A DNA stretch of 64,000 bases from assembly GCA_047150005.1 (NCBI GenBank), contig AP038806.1:608001-672000 (forward strand). Reading direction: 5' to 3'. Origin of the DNA: Nitrospira sp. Its GTDB lineage: Bacteria > Nitrospirota > Nitrospiria > Nitrospirales > Nitrospiraceae. Every line of letters starts with the position of its first letter. Position 1 is the first letter of the stretch. This document shows, piece by piece, positions 48,749 to 57,554 of this stretch. The notes beneath the pieces were generated by a model, which had not been told where the DNA came from, made no database searches, and worked only from the letters and a program-made list of their open reading frames with translations. The position numbers and the translations under genes were made by a program.

Positions 48749-49801
48749 TCAGACCTTTGAGGTTGATGGCGCGGCCAAAGAGGCACCCGCGCCGGACTTT
48801 CCCAATATGCCCATGACAAACGGACAGCGAAGCATCGCGGCGCTCACTTCGGGAGCCTGTTGATCCTCAATGCGGCGACGATGGCCCAGATAATACCCGT
48901 ACAGGCCCATCAGTGCCGCGACCATCCCACCAGCTACCGCCGCGCACCATGTAGGAACACCCGGCTCCCTCGCCACAAAGATCACGACGCCTGCCGCAAC
49001 CAGGTAATAGGTGGACGCGAAGGCCATGCCGGGCCACCACCAGTACTTCAGGGATTCGCTGACCTTGGTATCGAGCAATCCAGCAGTCCATGAAACTTGC
49101 GGCCGCATCCCGCTGAGATAGGCACACAACGCGATGGTCCCTCCCACAAGGGTCACCCCGGCCAGTTGCACGATCAGCGCGATTTGGTCCGTCTGCACAA
49201 GATGACCGAGAGAGGCGCCCAGGGCTCCTGCGACCACTCCCGCCGCAACCCATGGTGCCCACAGCGCAGATCGAGAGCCGACCAATTCACGCAACGGAGC
49301 TCCGTTTGGAAAGGTGGTGAACGGTCGCCCCATAATCTGCATTTTCCTCACGTGACCGATCTCAAACGCATCGCGAGCCACGGCGGTGCAGGAAATGATC
49401 ATGGCCATCATCGCCGGACCGTCCGGATGTTGGAGATAGTCGTACCCCACGAGCCAGAGCAGCGCGAGGACCAGAAGCGACAACTGTATTCCGTACGCAA
49501 ACCCGATCCAACCGGTCATCCACATCAACAGACGTGCTCCGTCCTGCTCACCGATGGCCCGCCAGTCACTGGCACGGCCAACACGATAGGAGGCCAACGA
49601 GGTCACGAGCCCCAGCACCCCACAGGCCAGGAGCAGGACCCACGGCTCCGATAACGGGAGCAGGTGCTTGGCAAGCCGATAGCACCCGAAGGCTACCATT
49701 CCGGGCGCGAACATCACGATCCGCTTTTTCTTACGGACCGCGGCCTCCGTCACAGCGAGACTGAGACTGGGCAAGACTCGCAACGCCATCCGATGCAACA
49801 T
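48749..49801 (-). CDS. Polytopic membrane protein of unknown function
   Basis: About nine TM helices; HPDGPAMM, ARDAFEIGH, RCPF. Confidence 0.75.
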   Translation of the reverse strand: MLHRMALRVLPSLSLAVTEAAVRKKKRIVMFAPGMVAFGCYRLAKHLLPLSEPWVLLLACGVLGLVTSLASYRVGRASDWRAIGEQDGARLLMWMTGWIGFAYGIQLSLLVLALLWLVGYDYLQHPDGPAMMAMIISCTAVARDAFEIGHVRKMQIMGRPFTTFPNGAPLRELVGSRSALWAPWVAAGVVAGALGASLGHLVQTDQIALIVQLAGVTLVGGTIALCAYLSGMRPQVSWTAGLLDTKVSESLKYWWWPGMAFASTYYLVAAGVVIFVAREPGVPTWCAAVAGGMVAALMGLYGYYLGHRRRIEDQQAPEVSAAMLRCPFVMGILGKSGAGASLAAPSTSKV

Positions 49802-49808
49802 GACTCTC

Positions 49809-50309
49809 TTACCGCGCGTCCTTTGTTGCGCCCATTCCAAAGTAACGGGCCTTCACTTCTTCCATCAGCGCAACCGTGATGCGGTTGGTCCCTCGTTCCG
49901 CTGCGGTTCGCTCCAACTCGATTCTCGCCATCGCACGAACGGCGGACGGCACATTGTCCAAACGACGCTCGGCCTCCGGTTCCCACTCAATCCGTTGGCC
50001 GGTCAGAGGGCCCAGTAGCCTGTCGTAAGTGACCACCCGTTCGTTGCCGACACGCAAACATTGTTCGACGTCATCCCGGATTAACTCGGCAAGGTAGGGC
50101 GGCATACGCTCCAACCGGTGAAGCGCTTCGTCCGTCCACATCATTCGATCAACGAAACCTCCCGACTCCCCCGCCGGCACCTCAACTCCGACCCTCAGGC
50201 CGCAGTCCCGGCATTCCGAGCGCACAAACCATCGGGGAGATCCAGCGTCGTCGATCCGCTCCTCGATACCCTCGCTATGCATCCAGCGCCCGCACCCGCA
50301 GGTCAGCAT
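49809..50309 (-). CDS. Zinc-ribbon plus tandem PCP_red-domain protein
   Basis: CGC...CRDC; two W..EA..RL..VP/MP...R...E repeats like the protochlorophyllide reductase B C-terminal domain. Confidence 0.75.
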   Translation of the reverse strand: MLTCGCGRWMHSEGIEERIDDAGSPRWFVRSECRDCGLRVGVEVPAGESGGFVDRMMWTDEALHRLERMPPYLAELIRDDVEQCLRVGNERVVTYDRLLGPLTGQRIEWEPEAERRLDNVPSAVRAMARIELERTAAERGTNRITVALMEEVKARYFGMGATKDAR

Positions 50310-50312
50310 GGC

Positions 50313-51026
50313 CTAGCCTATTTTGCCCGGATACAGGATGTACAACATCGTATAGGTGAAGCTGCCGGTCACGAACAAAACGCAGTAGATGATCATCGTG
50401 AATCGTCCGAGCGCACGATGGCGCCGCGCGCCGTTCGGCCAAATACGCTGGATGGTTGTTTCAATGCCAAGCACAAAGGCAACGAGGATCAAGAAGCCCA
50501 CGTACACTTCGAACTTTCGCATGGAAAATCCGGCCGTAGCGCCCCGCAGCGCGAAAGCCAGTAGCGCCACGATCGTGGTGCCTCCCATGATCGTCCCGAT
50601 CCGTTTCCATGTGGTCACAAGAGGCGTTTCGCTCAGTTGTCGGCGATTTCCGACAAACATCTGCGAGCGGAACCCGAGGATGATCATGTAAATCGCCATG
50701 ACGAGGCCAATGATGACCAAGGTGATATGAAGGACAAGCACCGGGATAAACACGTTATCGTACAAGGCCTGAGAGCCGCCGAACCCTTCCTTGCCCTCCA
50801 CGGCCAGGACGCCGAGCTGTCGGAAGAGGTAATACGCGATGAAGAAGGAGAGCATGGCGACCATGCCGCCCAGCATCAGCCAATGATGCGTATCGGCCTG
50901 CCGCTTCTTCGCCTGAAACCATCCGATCACAAACAGCCCGGTGAACAGGGTCGCCATGAGCTGACTCAGATCCGCCCCAATGGTCGCGTGAGTGCCCAGA
51001 AAACCGGGATCTTTCAACCAATCCAT
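50313..51026 (-). CDS. DUF420 (YozB/CtaM-like) membrane protein
   Basis: HHWLM, FGG, LVLHITL, RHRALGRFT...TG..Y.MLY. Confidence 0.75.
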   Translation of the reverse strand: MDWLKDPGFLGTHATIGADLSQLMATLFTGLFVIGWFQAKKRQADTHHWLMLGGMVAMLSFFIAYYLFRQLGVLAVEGKEGFGGSQALYDNVFIPVLVLHITLVIIGLVMAIYMIILGFRSQMFVGNRRQLSETPLVTTWKRIGTIMGGTTIVALLAFALRGATAGFSMRKFEVYVGFLILVAFVLGIETTIQRIWPNGARRHRALGRFTMIIYCVLFVTGSFTYTMLYILYPGKIG

Positions 51027-51033
51027 GATTGCC

Positions 51034-52020
51034 TTACCCGTGACCTTTCGTGCCCAGCACGACGGCGGTTGGCTCCAGTTCCGTCGCGGAAACAAACCCG
51101 GCGTGGGTCATCCACTCAATCGCATCGGCAACTTTGTAGCAACCACCTTGCTGCGTATTGATGAGGATATGCACCGCGAAGGCGGTCGTCCAAGCCGGTC
51201 CGGTCCCCGTCTCGTTGAGAAAGCGATCCTTGATGATCAGCCGCCCGCCCGGCGCCAAGTGCTCGAACACCTTGCACACCAGGGCCCCATTCGTCTCGAA
51301 CGACTGATAGTGGAGAACATCGGACATCAGGACGACATCGTACGGCCCGCCTAAGCCGTCCGTATTGAAATTGCCCGCGCGCAACGCAATCCTCGATTCG
51401 AGACCCGCCTCTTTGATGGTTTTTTCCGTCAGGCGCAACGTGGCCGGCAGATCGAAGACGGTGGCGGTTACGTCGGGGTATACGCGACAGAATGCGATGG
51501 CATTGGTGCCGGCTCCTCCACCCAAATCAAGCAGGTGAACCGCACCCGTCAACTTCAGGCGCTTGGCAAAGTCCGGTCCGCTTTGGCTGCCGATTCGATG
51601 GAGTACGGCCAGCACGTTGCCGGCGAGTTCCGGATCGGTTTCGAATAGGTGCCGATCGACGGAACGCTGCCCGGTGCGGATCGTCTGTTCGAGCTTTCCC
51701 CAATTCTCCCATTCGGCGTCATGGAGGAGCAGCAGATGCCCGACAAAGTCGGGCGAATGCCGAACAAGATGCTTTTCGGTGACGGAAGAATTGCCGTAAA
51801 GATCCCCCTCCTTAGTCAGCAATTTCATGGCTACCAGGGCATTCAGTAAGAGCGACAGCGCCGGCTCGTGGGCCCCGATGCGGGCAGCGATCTCACTGCC
51901 CGTTTTTTTCTTGCCGTCCAGCGAGGTAAAGAGATCCAGGCGAACCGCCGTCAGTAGAATTTTGGTTTCCCAGTAGTAGCCCAGTTGAAAGATTTCCGCG
52001 AGCGAAAGTTCCCGTGACAC
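51034..52020 (-). CDS. SAM-dependent O-/C-methyltransferase (Methyltransf_2 with dimerisation domain)
   Basis: LLDLGGGAG, VFDLP, GNFN, MSDVLH; GTG start at 52020 after GGAGGAG. Confidence 0.88.
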   Translation of the reverse strand: MSRELSLAEIFQLGYYWETKILLTAVRLDLFTSLDGKKKTGSEIAARIGAHEPALSLLLNALVAMKLLTKEGDLYGNSSVTEKHLVRHSPDFVGHLLLLHDAEWENWGKLEQTIRTGQRSVDRHLFETDPELAGNVLAVLHRIGSQSGPDFAKRLKLTGAVHLLDLGGGAGTNAIAFCRVYPDVTATVFDLPATLRLTEKTIKEAGLESRIALRAGNFNTDGLGGPYDVVLMSDVLHYQSFETNGALVCKVFEHLAPGGRLIIKDRFLNETGTGPAWTTAFAVHILINTQQGGCYKVADAIEWMTHAGFVSATELEPTAVVLGTKGHG

Positions 52021-52187
52021 ACCAATCTCCTCCCCAGCTTGCCCTTGCAGGATATTCAAAAGATAGGCCGCCGGATTTCACTGTCTTGCATGGGAAATAC
52101 CGTTGGAAGACCGCATCTTACCTAGATCGAAAACGCAAACGCAAGGCAGGGATACCGCGACATACCGCATAAAACGCGTAAAAACAC

Positions 52188-52217
52188 GAAGGGCAGCGGA
52201 AACATCCGCTGCCCTTC
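52188..52217 (-). terminator. Intrinsic terminator
   Basis: GAAGGGCAGCGGA-loop-TCCGCTGCCCTTC followed by GTGTTTT on the minus strand. Confidence 0.75.
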
Positions 52218-52253
52218 ACCATCGACGAGGTAGCCGTCGAGAACCCGTTCGAG

Positions 52254-53048
52254 TTACTTGAGTTCGGCCTTCAGATTCGCCGTTCCGCCTTCCGGAACTT
52301 CGATCTCGAACTCCACCTTCTTGCCCTTACCGACGAACGGATGCCAGGCTACAACCTTGTGCTTGCCGGCCGGTACATCCTTGAGCTCAAACGAACCGTC
52401 TTCCTTCACGACTGCATAATGCGCATTCGACACGGGAAGGAAGAAGGACTGCATGAACTCATGCTGGTCGCACTGCAACCGATAGTAGCCTTCCTTCTCG
52501 GCACCACCGCGGAAAGTCACCGGCTTGTCAAGCTTGTCGCCCTTCTTGGCAAGACCGATGTTGAAACCGGTCGCCGACGTGGAGCCCTTCACCGTGAAGC
52601 TGTGGGGATTGTGCAGCACACCCGCCGTCGACTTAGGATCATCCGGATCCGCATCGGTATTTTCAACCTTGAACGGCCTGGTGTTCACGACCACGCCGCT
52701 GAAAGGCAGGAATTCGCAAAAGGCCGCCGTCACTTCCGCGCCCGCAAATCCATCCATGAAAGCCTTATCTTCGATATCGGTGACCGCCACGACGGCATTC
52801 TTCAGCCCCCCATCCTTGCCCACTTCAATGGTCTTCAGGAACCGCTTGTCACCGTCCATCAAGGACTTGTTGGGATGCTTCGGACAGAACTTGGGATTCG
52901 GGAACTTCGAGAAGAGAAATTCCTTCTGCTCGGACTTCCCGGCGTAGGTAACCTTGCCGGCAATGGTTCCGCCGGCAAATGAGGTGACAGGCGTCGCAAT
53001 GAACGCGACGGCTGCCACACCAAACACGACTGATAACGCACTCTTCAT
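52254..53048 (-). CDS. Exported carboxypeptidase-regulatory-like/cupredoxin-like protein
   Basis: Signal peptide; LHNPH ... CDQHEFM; DGSFEL.DVPAG.H.VVAWHP; AGGAGG RBS. Confidence 0.8.
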   Translation of the reverse strand: MKSALSVVFGVAAVAFIATPVTSFAGGTIAGKVTYAGKSEQKEFLFSKFPNPKFCPKHPNKSLMDGDKRFLKTIEVGKDGGLKNAVVAVTDIEDKAFMDGFAGAEVTAAFCEFLPFSGVVVNTRPFKVENTDADPDDPKSTAGVLHNPHSFTVKGSTSATGFNIGLAKKGDKLDKPVTFRGGAEKEGYYRLQCDQHEFMQSFFLPVSNAHYAVVKEDGSFELKDVPAGKHKVVAWHPFVGKGKKVEFEIEVPEGGTANLKAELK

Positions 53049-53222
53049 GGGACTGCCTCCTTGTGATTAAGAATTCCCGTTTCCTGGCTCGCGTTTCCCT
53101 GTATCTTCCACCGGCCTACTGAGAGAAAAATGCTGACAATTTCCTCTCTGGTTACCTCGATCGTGAGATGCGGGCAAGGCTGGTCTGGGACCCACATGTA
53201 TATAAAATTTTACCGTACGCTG

Positions 53223-54617
53223 TCAATTGCCGACAACCGGCTGAAAACCGCCTTTGGGAGACCGTTTGCCTTGGAGCAGCCGGAGGATGGCCCCTCCGGC
53301 GGTCGCCCGAACCGCTTCGTTCTGGTCTCGCAGAGCCTCTTTCACAAGGGGAAGCACCGATGGATCGCCGACCCTTCCCAGCGATCTGACAGCCACGATC
53401 TTCGGCCCCGGAAGCGGATCTGTCGCCAAACTCTCAAGAAACGATACCACCCCGGCAGCGTTGGGTTTCGTCGCCTTACCCAAGGCATGGGCGGCCGACG
53501 CCCTTGCTCCTGGGTCGCTCTGTTGAGTCAACCCGCGCACCGTCGGCGCCACGGTCTCAAATGGTTGGCCGAGTTGAAGCAGGGCTGCGGCCGACGCGGC
53601 CCGTACGGAAAATGCCCCGTCCTGGAGCGCCTGATTGAGAGCCGGCACCGAGGCCTTGTCAGCCAGATCGGCCAGCGCGGACGCCGCCGCCTCGCGGACG
53701 GCCGGCACTGGATCACGTAGGAGTCGTTGAATATCTTCGCGCGCCTCTCGCCGTCCCAGGTGCCCAAGCCCCCGGGCTGCCGCCCCCCGGACAGACGGCT
53801 GCTTGTAGGTCAGTGACTCCACCATGATCGGCACCCCCCGGAGATCTTTCACGTCCGCCATCACCCGGATCGCTTCGGCCCGATCTTCCGGATTGACGGC
53901 GTCAGCGGACCGACGCAGAGGATCCCAAGCCTCCTTGCGCCCGTGCCGCAAGAGTGCCCCATAGGCTGCGATTCTGACGGTGGGTAGTTCGTCCTTGGAA
54001 GCCGTTTCCAGCAGCGGAATCACCGACGGATCGGTGCTGTACCCAAGAGCCTTGACGACACGGGCCTTGACGAGCCCGGCCTGATCGTCAAGTGCCCCCC
54101 GCAATTTCGGCGATCTCCGCCCGGCTTCGGTCCGGCTCAATCCTTCCACGGCCAACATGCGCACGGGCCCCGACCCGTCACTGAGCCCGTCTTCAAAGTA
54201 CGGAATGACCTCCTCCGAGTCGACCTCCTTCAACGCCGTAAATGCAGCTCCGCGCATCTGCTCTCGCATGTCCTTCACCATCACGATAATGAACCCCAAG
54301 GCGACGTCCCGAAGGAGAGGAATCTCATCTTGGTTGGTGGACCGCTCCAGTCGGTCGTACTCCTCCAATGCATCCTTCGGATTGCTCAGTTTCAGCAGCG
54401 ATCGAACTTTGAGTCGACGAACGTCGGACGCGGCGGATGATGGACCGTCCAACTTGGCGATCTCGTCCAATACCTTCTGGTATTCCTGCCTGTCATATAA
54501 CCCTTGAATATCGCTTGGGACAGCAGCGAGAACCACGGGAGGATCCGCCACTGCCCCCGCTCCCATCGCGATCATGAGAGCGGCCGCCGCCCATATCCGA
54601 TTCACCACCTCAGTCAT
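53223..54617 (-). CDS. Exported HEAT-repeat protein
   Basis: Signal peptide; repeated L.D....VR..AA.ALG units. Confidence 0.88.
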   Translation of the reverse strand: MTEVVNRIWAAAALMIAMGAGAVADPPVVLAAVPSDIQGLYDRQEYQKVLDEIAKLDGPSSAASDVRRLKVRSLLKLSNPKDALEEYDRLERSTNQDEIPLLRDVALGFIIVMVKDMREQMRGAAFTALKEVDSEEVIPYFEDGLSDGSGPVRMLAVEGLSRTEAGRRSPKLRGALDDQAGLVKARVVKALGYSTDPSVIPLLETASKDELPTVRIAAYGALLRHGRKEAWDPLRRSADAVNPEDRAEAIRVMADVKDLRGVPIMVESLTYKQPSVRGAAARGLGHLGRREAREDIQRLLRDPVPAVREAAASALADLADKASVPALNQALQDGAFSVRAASAAALLQLGQPFETVAPTVRGLTQQSDPGARASAAHALGKATKPNAAGVVSFLESLATDPLPGPKIVAVRSLGRVGDPSVLPLVKEALRDQNEAVRATAGGAILRLLQGKRSPKGGFQPVVGN

Positions 54618-54644
54618 CTGGCGCCTCCGGACCTCACAAACCCC

Positions 54645-55412
54645 TTAGCCATGCCGCTCCTGAACCGTTCCGATGGTGCGCTTCCGATATCCCGGCGGCT
54701 CGTCGAAGTAAAAGGAGGGCTGCGGCGATAACCGGATCCGTTCATACTCAAACGACCAATCGCGGTCTCGGCTCACCAATTTCAGGACGATGCCGGTTTC
54801 CACATCCACCCACTCGTAGAATCGTTCGCCCCGGCCGTCCCGATCCGTTCGAATTTCATACAGCCGCGTCGGACGCCCTGCCGCCGTCGCATCGCCCACC
54901 AGCACTCGTTCCCGCTCTCCCGCCAATTCTGATTGAACCGGGAGCACGTCATCAGCACTGAGCGGCATAACCAACAGTTCTTTTTGCTGCGCGAGAACGT
55001 ACCAGGCTTCTCCCAAATCGAGTCTGATGATTTCGATCGCAGCATAGCCGTGATCGGTCCGAACGGCATACTTGTATTCCAACCGCAGCCGGTTCCCTTT
55101 TGAGAAGATCTGCGCCTGATGCCGTTTGCCGTTCACCTGCCTGACGAGACTTCCGGAAAAATCAGGAATAACCGGCGGGGGTTCTGGCTGGGCCGAACCG
55201 AGCGGACCTGCAAGACACAGAACCATTGTAAGCGCAAGGCCAGGGCATCTACTCCTCCGTACGCACGCACTACGCACGAGAACCGTCCTCTGGATCAGAG
55301 GAGTGGCCCATCGAACCAGCGGCCCGGCTCTGTCCGACAACCAGGCTCTCCATCGTGATCCGGCTACTCGGCCATTCCCGCTGTCTTGCACGATCATCCG
55401 AGGGGCATACAA
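54645..55412 (-). CDS. Exported hypothetical protein (LolA/RseB-like beta fold possible); start uncertain
   Basis: PDFSG, RLRLEY, EWVDVETGIVLK, FDEPPGY resemble DUF4412/RseB-like proteins. Confidence 0.6.
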   Translation of the reverse strand: MYAPRMIVQDSGNGRVAGSRWRAWLSDRAGPLVRWATPLIQRTVLVRSACVRRSRCPGLALTMVLCLAGPLGSAQPEPPPVIPDFSGSLVRQVNGKRHQAQIFSKGNRLRLEYKYAVRTDHGYAAIEIIRLDLGEAWYVLAQQKELLVMPLSADDVLPVQSELAGERERVLVGDATAAGRPTRLYEIRTDRDGRGERFYEWVDVETGIVLKLVSRDRDWSFEYERIRLSPQPSFYFDEPPGYRKRTIGTVQERHG

Positions 55413-55494
55413 GCCCGAGGTGACTGATCAACAACATACCCCAATGCAGCGGCCCCGGCAGGTGAGGTCGATCATTGAATCGAATCCGTCTCGA

Positions 55495-56421
55495 TTAGTG
55501 CTGGTGCTCGACCAGCGGGCTGATCTCCACGGAATAACCGAGCGATTCCGGTCCGAAACGGGGATTGTGCATGACCTTATAGGAAGTGCGATTCCCTTTG
55601 GGCGCCGGCAGGGACAGATGTTCAACGACCGTGCCGTCCGCCTGCACAGTCACCATCTTGGTGACACCGGGCCCAGTCTGCGGATGCCACACGACCAATT
55701 GATATGTGCCCGGGGGAACGTCTCCGATCGTGAACTTCCCATTCCCATCGGTTAGCGTGTAATAGGGATTGTTGACCGCCATGGCCCAACTCTCCATGTA
55801 GGCATGAAATCCACATTGCATGTAGAAGGTCCTGCGCCCCTTGTTGAGATAGACGGGTCCGACAAGCGACTTGCCCGGGGCATGGTTGTGAATGGCGTGA
55901 AGGTCACCGCGCCGATGCTGGTGATTCATGACCAACGGCGTGTTGAACAGCACTCGCGCCCCCGCTTCGATGGAGGTCTCATACCCCTGAATGTCGTGCA
56001 TGACAGGATCCATATTGACGACTTCGACGGCATGGCCATTGCGCACAACCGTTACGAACGGTGTGAACATGCAATCTCGGGCCTCGATCAAGGGAACGGA
56101 CACGTCAAACGGCTTGCCCGCCTCGACACCCTCCAGCAAAACGATCGCGTCCTTCAGTCCGTTGCTCTCACCCACGACGAAGTCATGTAGCAGCCGCCAT
56201 CCCTGCCCGTTGGAGATACGCCCGCAGTAGGCCGGGTCAGGGAACGTGATGAGGTTGAATCCTTTCGGTTCAGGAACCGGCCCCTCGAGGGCCACCATGC
56301 CCTCAATGGTTCCCCCATGCTGCACATCGATCACGTCATAGGAGAAAGAGGGCGCAGGGGGCCAGCCGCAGAGGAACCCCATCCATGCGAACAGAACAAG
56401 CGCGGATCGTGTTGACGTCAT
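55495..56421 (-). CDS. Exported cupredoxin-like/carboxypeptidase-regulatory-like protein
   Basis: Signal peptide; MHDIQ ... CGFHAYM; VPPGTY.LVVWHP. Confidence 0.8.
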   Translation of the reverse strand: MTSTRSALVLFAWMGFLCGWPPAPSFSYDVIDVQHGGTIEGMVALEGPVPEPKGFNLITFPDPAYCGRISNGQGWRLLHDFVVGESNGLKDAIVLLEGVEAGKPFDVSVPLIEARDCMFTPFVTVVRNGHAVEVVNMDPVMHDIQGYETSIEAGARVLFNTPLVMNHQHRRGDLHAIHNHAPGKSLVGPVYLNKGRRTFYMQCGFHAYMESWAMAVNNPYYTLTDGNGKFTIGDVPPGTYQLVVWHPQTGPGVTKMVTVQADGTVVEHLSLPAPKGNRTSYKVMHNPRFGPESLGYSVEISPLVEHQH

Positions 56422-56446
56422 GATTTCCCCTCTGACATCGGGTCGT

Positions 56447-57358
56447 TCATGGGACCTGCAGTTCAAGCGTGGGCTGGATGTCGACCGGTTTCCCCAGCGC
56501 TTGCAGCCCGAAATGCGGGTTCTCCTCGATTTCATGCACGCTACGTCGCCCCTTGGGTGATTCGAACAGGAAATCCGCTCTCACCGTTTCTTTTGCGGAC
56601 ACAGTGACCTTCTGCTCCAAGACGATTCCGACGCCCGGATGCCAGGCTGTCAGCACATATTCTCCGGCCGGCACGTCGGTTAACGAAAATGAACCGTCCG
56701 TTCCGGTCACTTGATAATAGGGGTTCTCGACGGCTAACCCCCAGCTTTCCATGTAGGCATGAAATCCGCACTGCATGACGAAAAACTTTCGACCTTTCGT
56801 CATATGAATGGTTTCCTTCACCGGCTCCCCGGCGAGATGTTCATGCGAATTGGCTCCGACATTACGTTTGTGATGAGGATTCATGGGAAGCGGGGTATTG
56901 AACAACACACGAGGCCCCAGATGGGACGTCTCATAGGCCTGGATGTCGTGCATCACCGGGTCCATGTTCATAATGACGACATCCGCCCGGTCTTGGACGA
57001 CCGTCACAAACGGGAGAAATCTGCAATCTCGTGCTTCGATCGTTTGCGGTTCGAATTTGAACGGCTTTCCTTTGGGGACGTCTGACAGCCATATGACGAC
57101 GTCCTTGAGCGCTCCGTCGCCCGCCACGTCGAATTCCTTCAGGATGCGCCAGCCCGTTCCGGTTGAAATCCGGCCGCAATAGACCGGGTCCGGAAACGTG
57201 ATCAAGTTGAACCCCTTGGGCGTCGGTTTCCCGGCCGTAATCCGAACCTTGCCCGCGACGGTACCTCCGTCCGCCACCTGCATCTCCTCATACGCCCAAG
57301 CCAAGGAGGCTCCCAGCGCCAACCACGCCCAGAGCCCCAATACCATAACCCGTTTCAT
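56447..57358 (-). CDS. Exported cupredoxin-like protein, tandem paralog
   Basis: PKGFNLITFPDP.YCGRIS, MHDIQ, CGFHAYMESW shared with neighbour; GGAGG RBS. Confidence 0.8.
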   Translation of the reverse strand: MKRVMVLGLWAWLALGASLAWAYEEMQVADGGTVAGKVRITAGKPTPKGFNLITFPDPVYCGRISTGTGWRILKEFDVAGDGALKDVVIWLSDVPKGKPFKFEPQTIEARDCRFLPFVTVVQDRADVVIMNMDPVMHDIQAYETSHLGPRVLFNTPLPMNPHHKRNVGANSHEHLAGEPVKETIHMTKGRKFFVMQCGFHAYMESWGLAVENPYYQVTGTDGSFSLTDVPAGEYVLTAWHPGVGIVLEQKVTVSAKETVRADFLFESPKGRRSVHEIEENPHFGLQALGKPVDIQPTLELQVP

Positions 57359-57437
57359 TTCAACCTCCACAAGAATAAGTCCTTCGATACGGATACAACG
57401 AGGTGACAATTCTTGCATCGTACCAAAAGCCCTCGCC

Positions 57438-57471
57438 AAAGAAAAAGGGGGAGGCCGTACAGCCTCCCCCT
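57438..57471 (-). terminator. Intrinsic terminator/attenuator after the multicopper oxidase
   Basis: AGGGGGAGGC-loop-GCCTCCCCCT followed by TTTTCTTT on the minus strand. Confidence 0.75.
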
Positions 57472-57554
57472 CATCACTGTTGCAGAGCAACAAATCGGCA
57501 GGAACGACAGGCCGGGTCTTGCCGTTACGGCAAGACCCGGCCTGGACTCGCTTC

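Noticed and set aside
49809..52020. Photosynthesis genes (PCP_red domain, BchU-like methyltransferase)
   Set aside because: No bchL/N/B catalytic domains or other bch/puf genes; both domains are widespread in non-phototrophs
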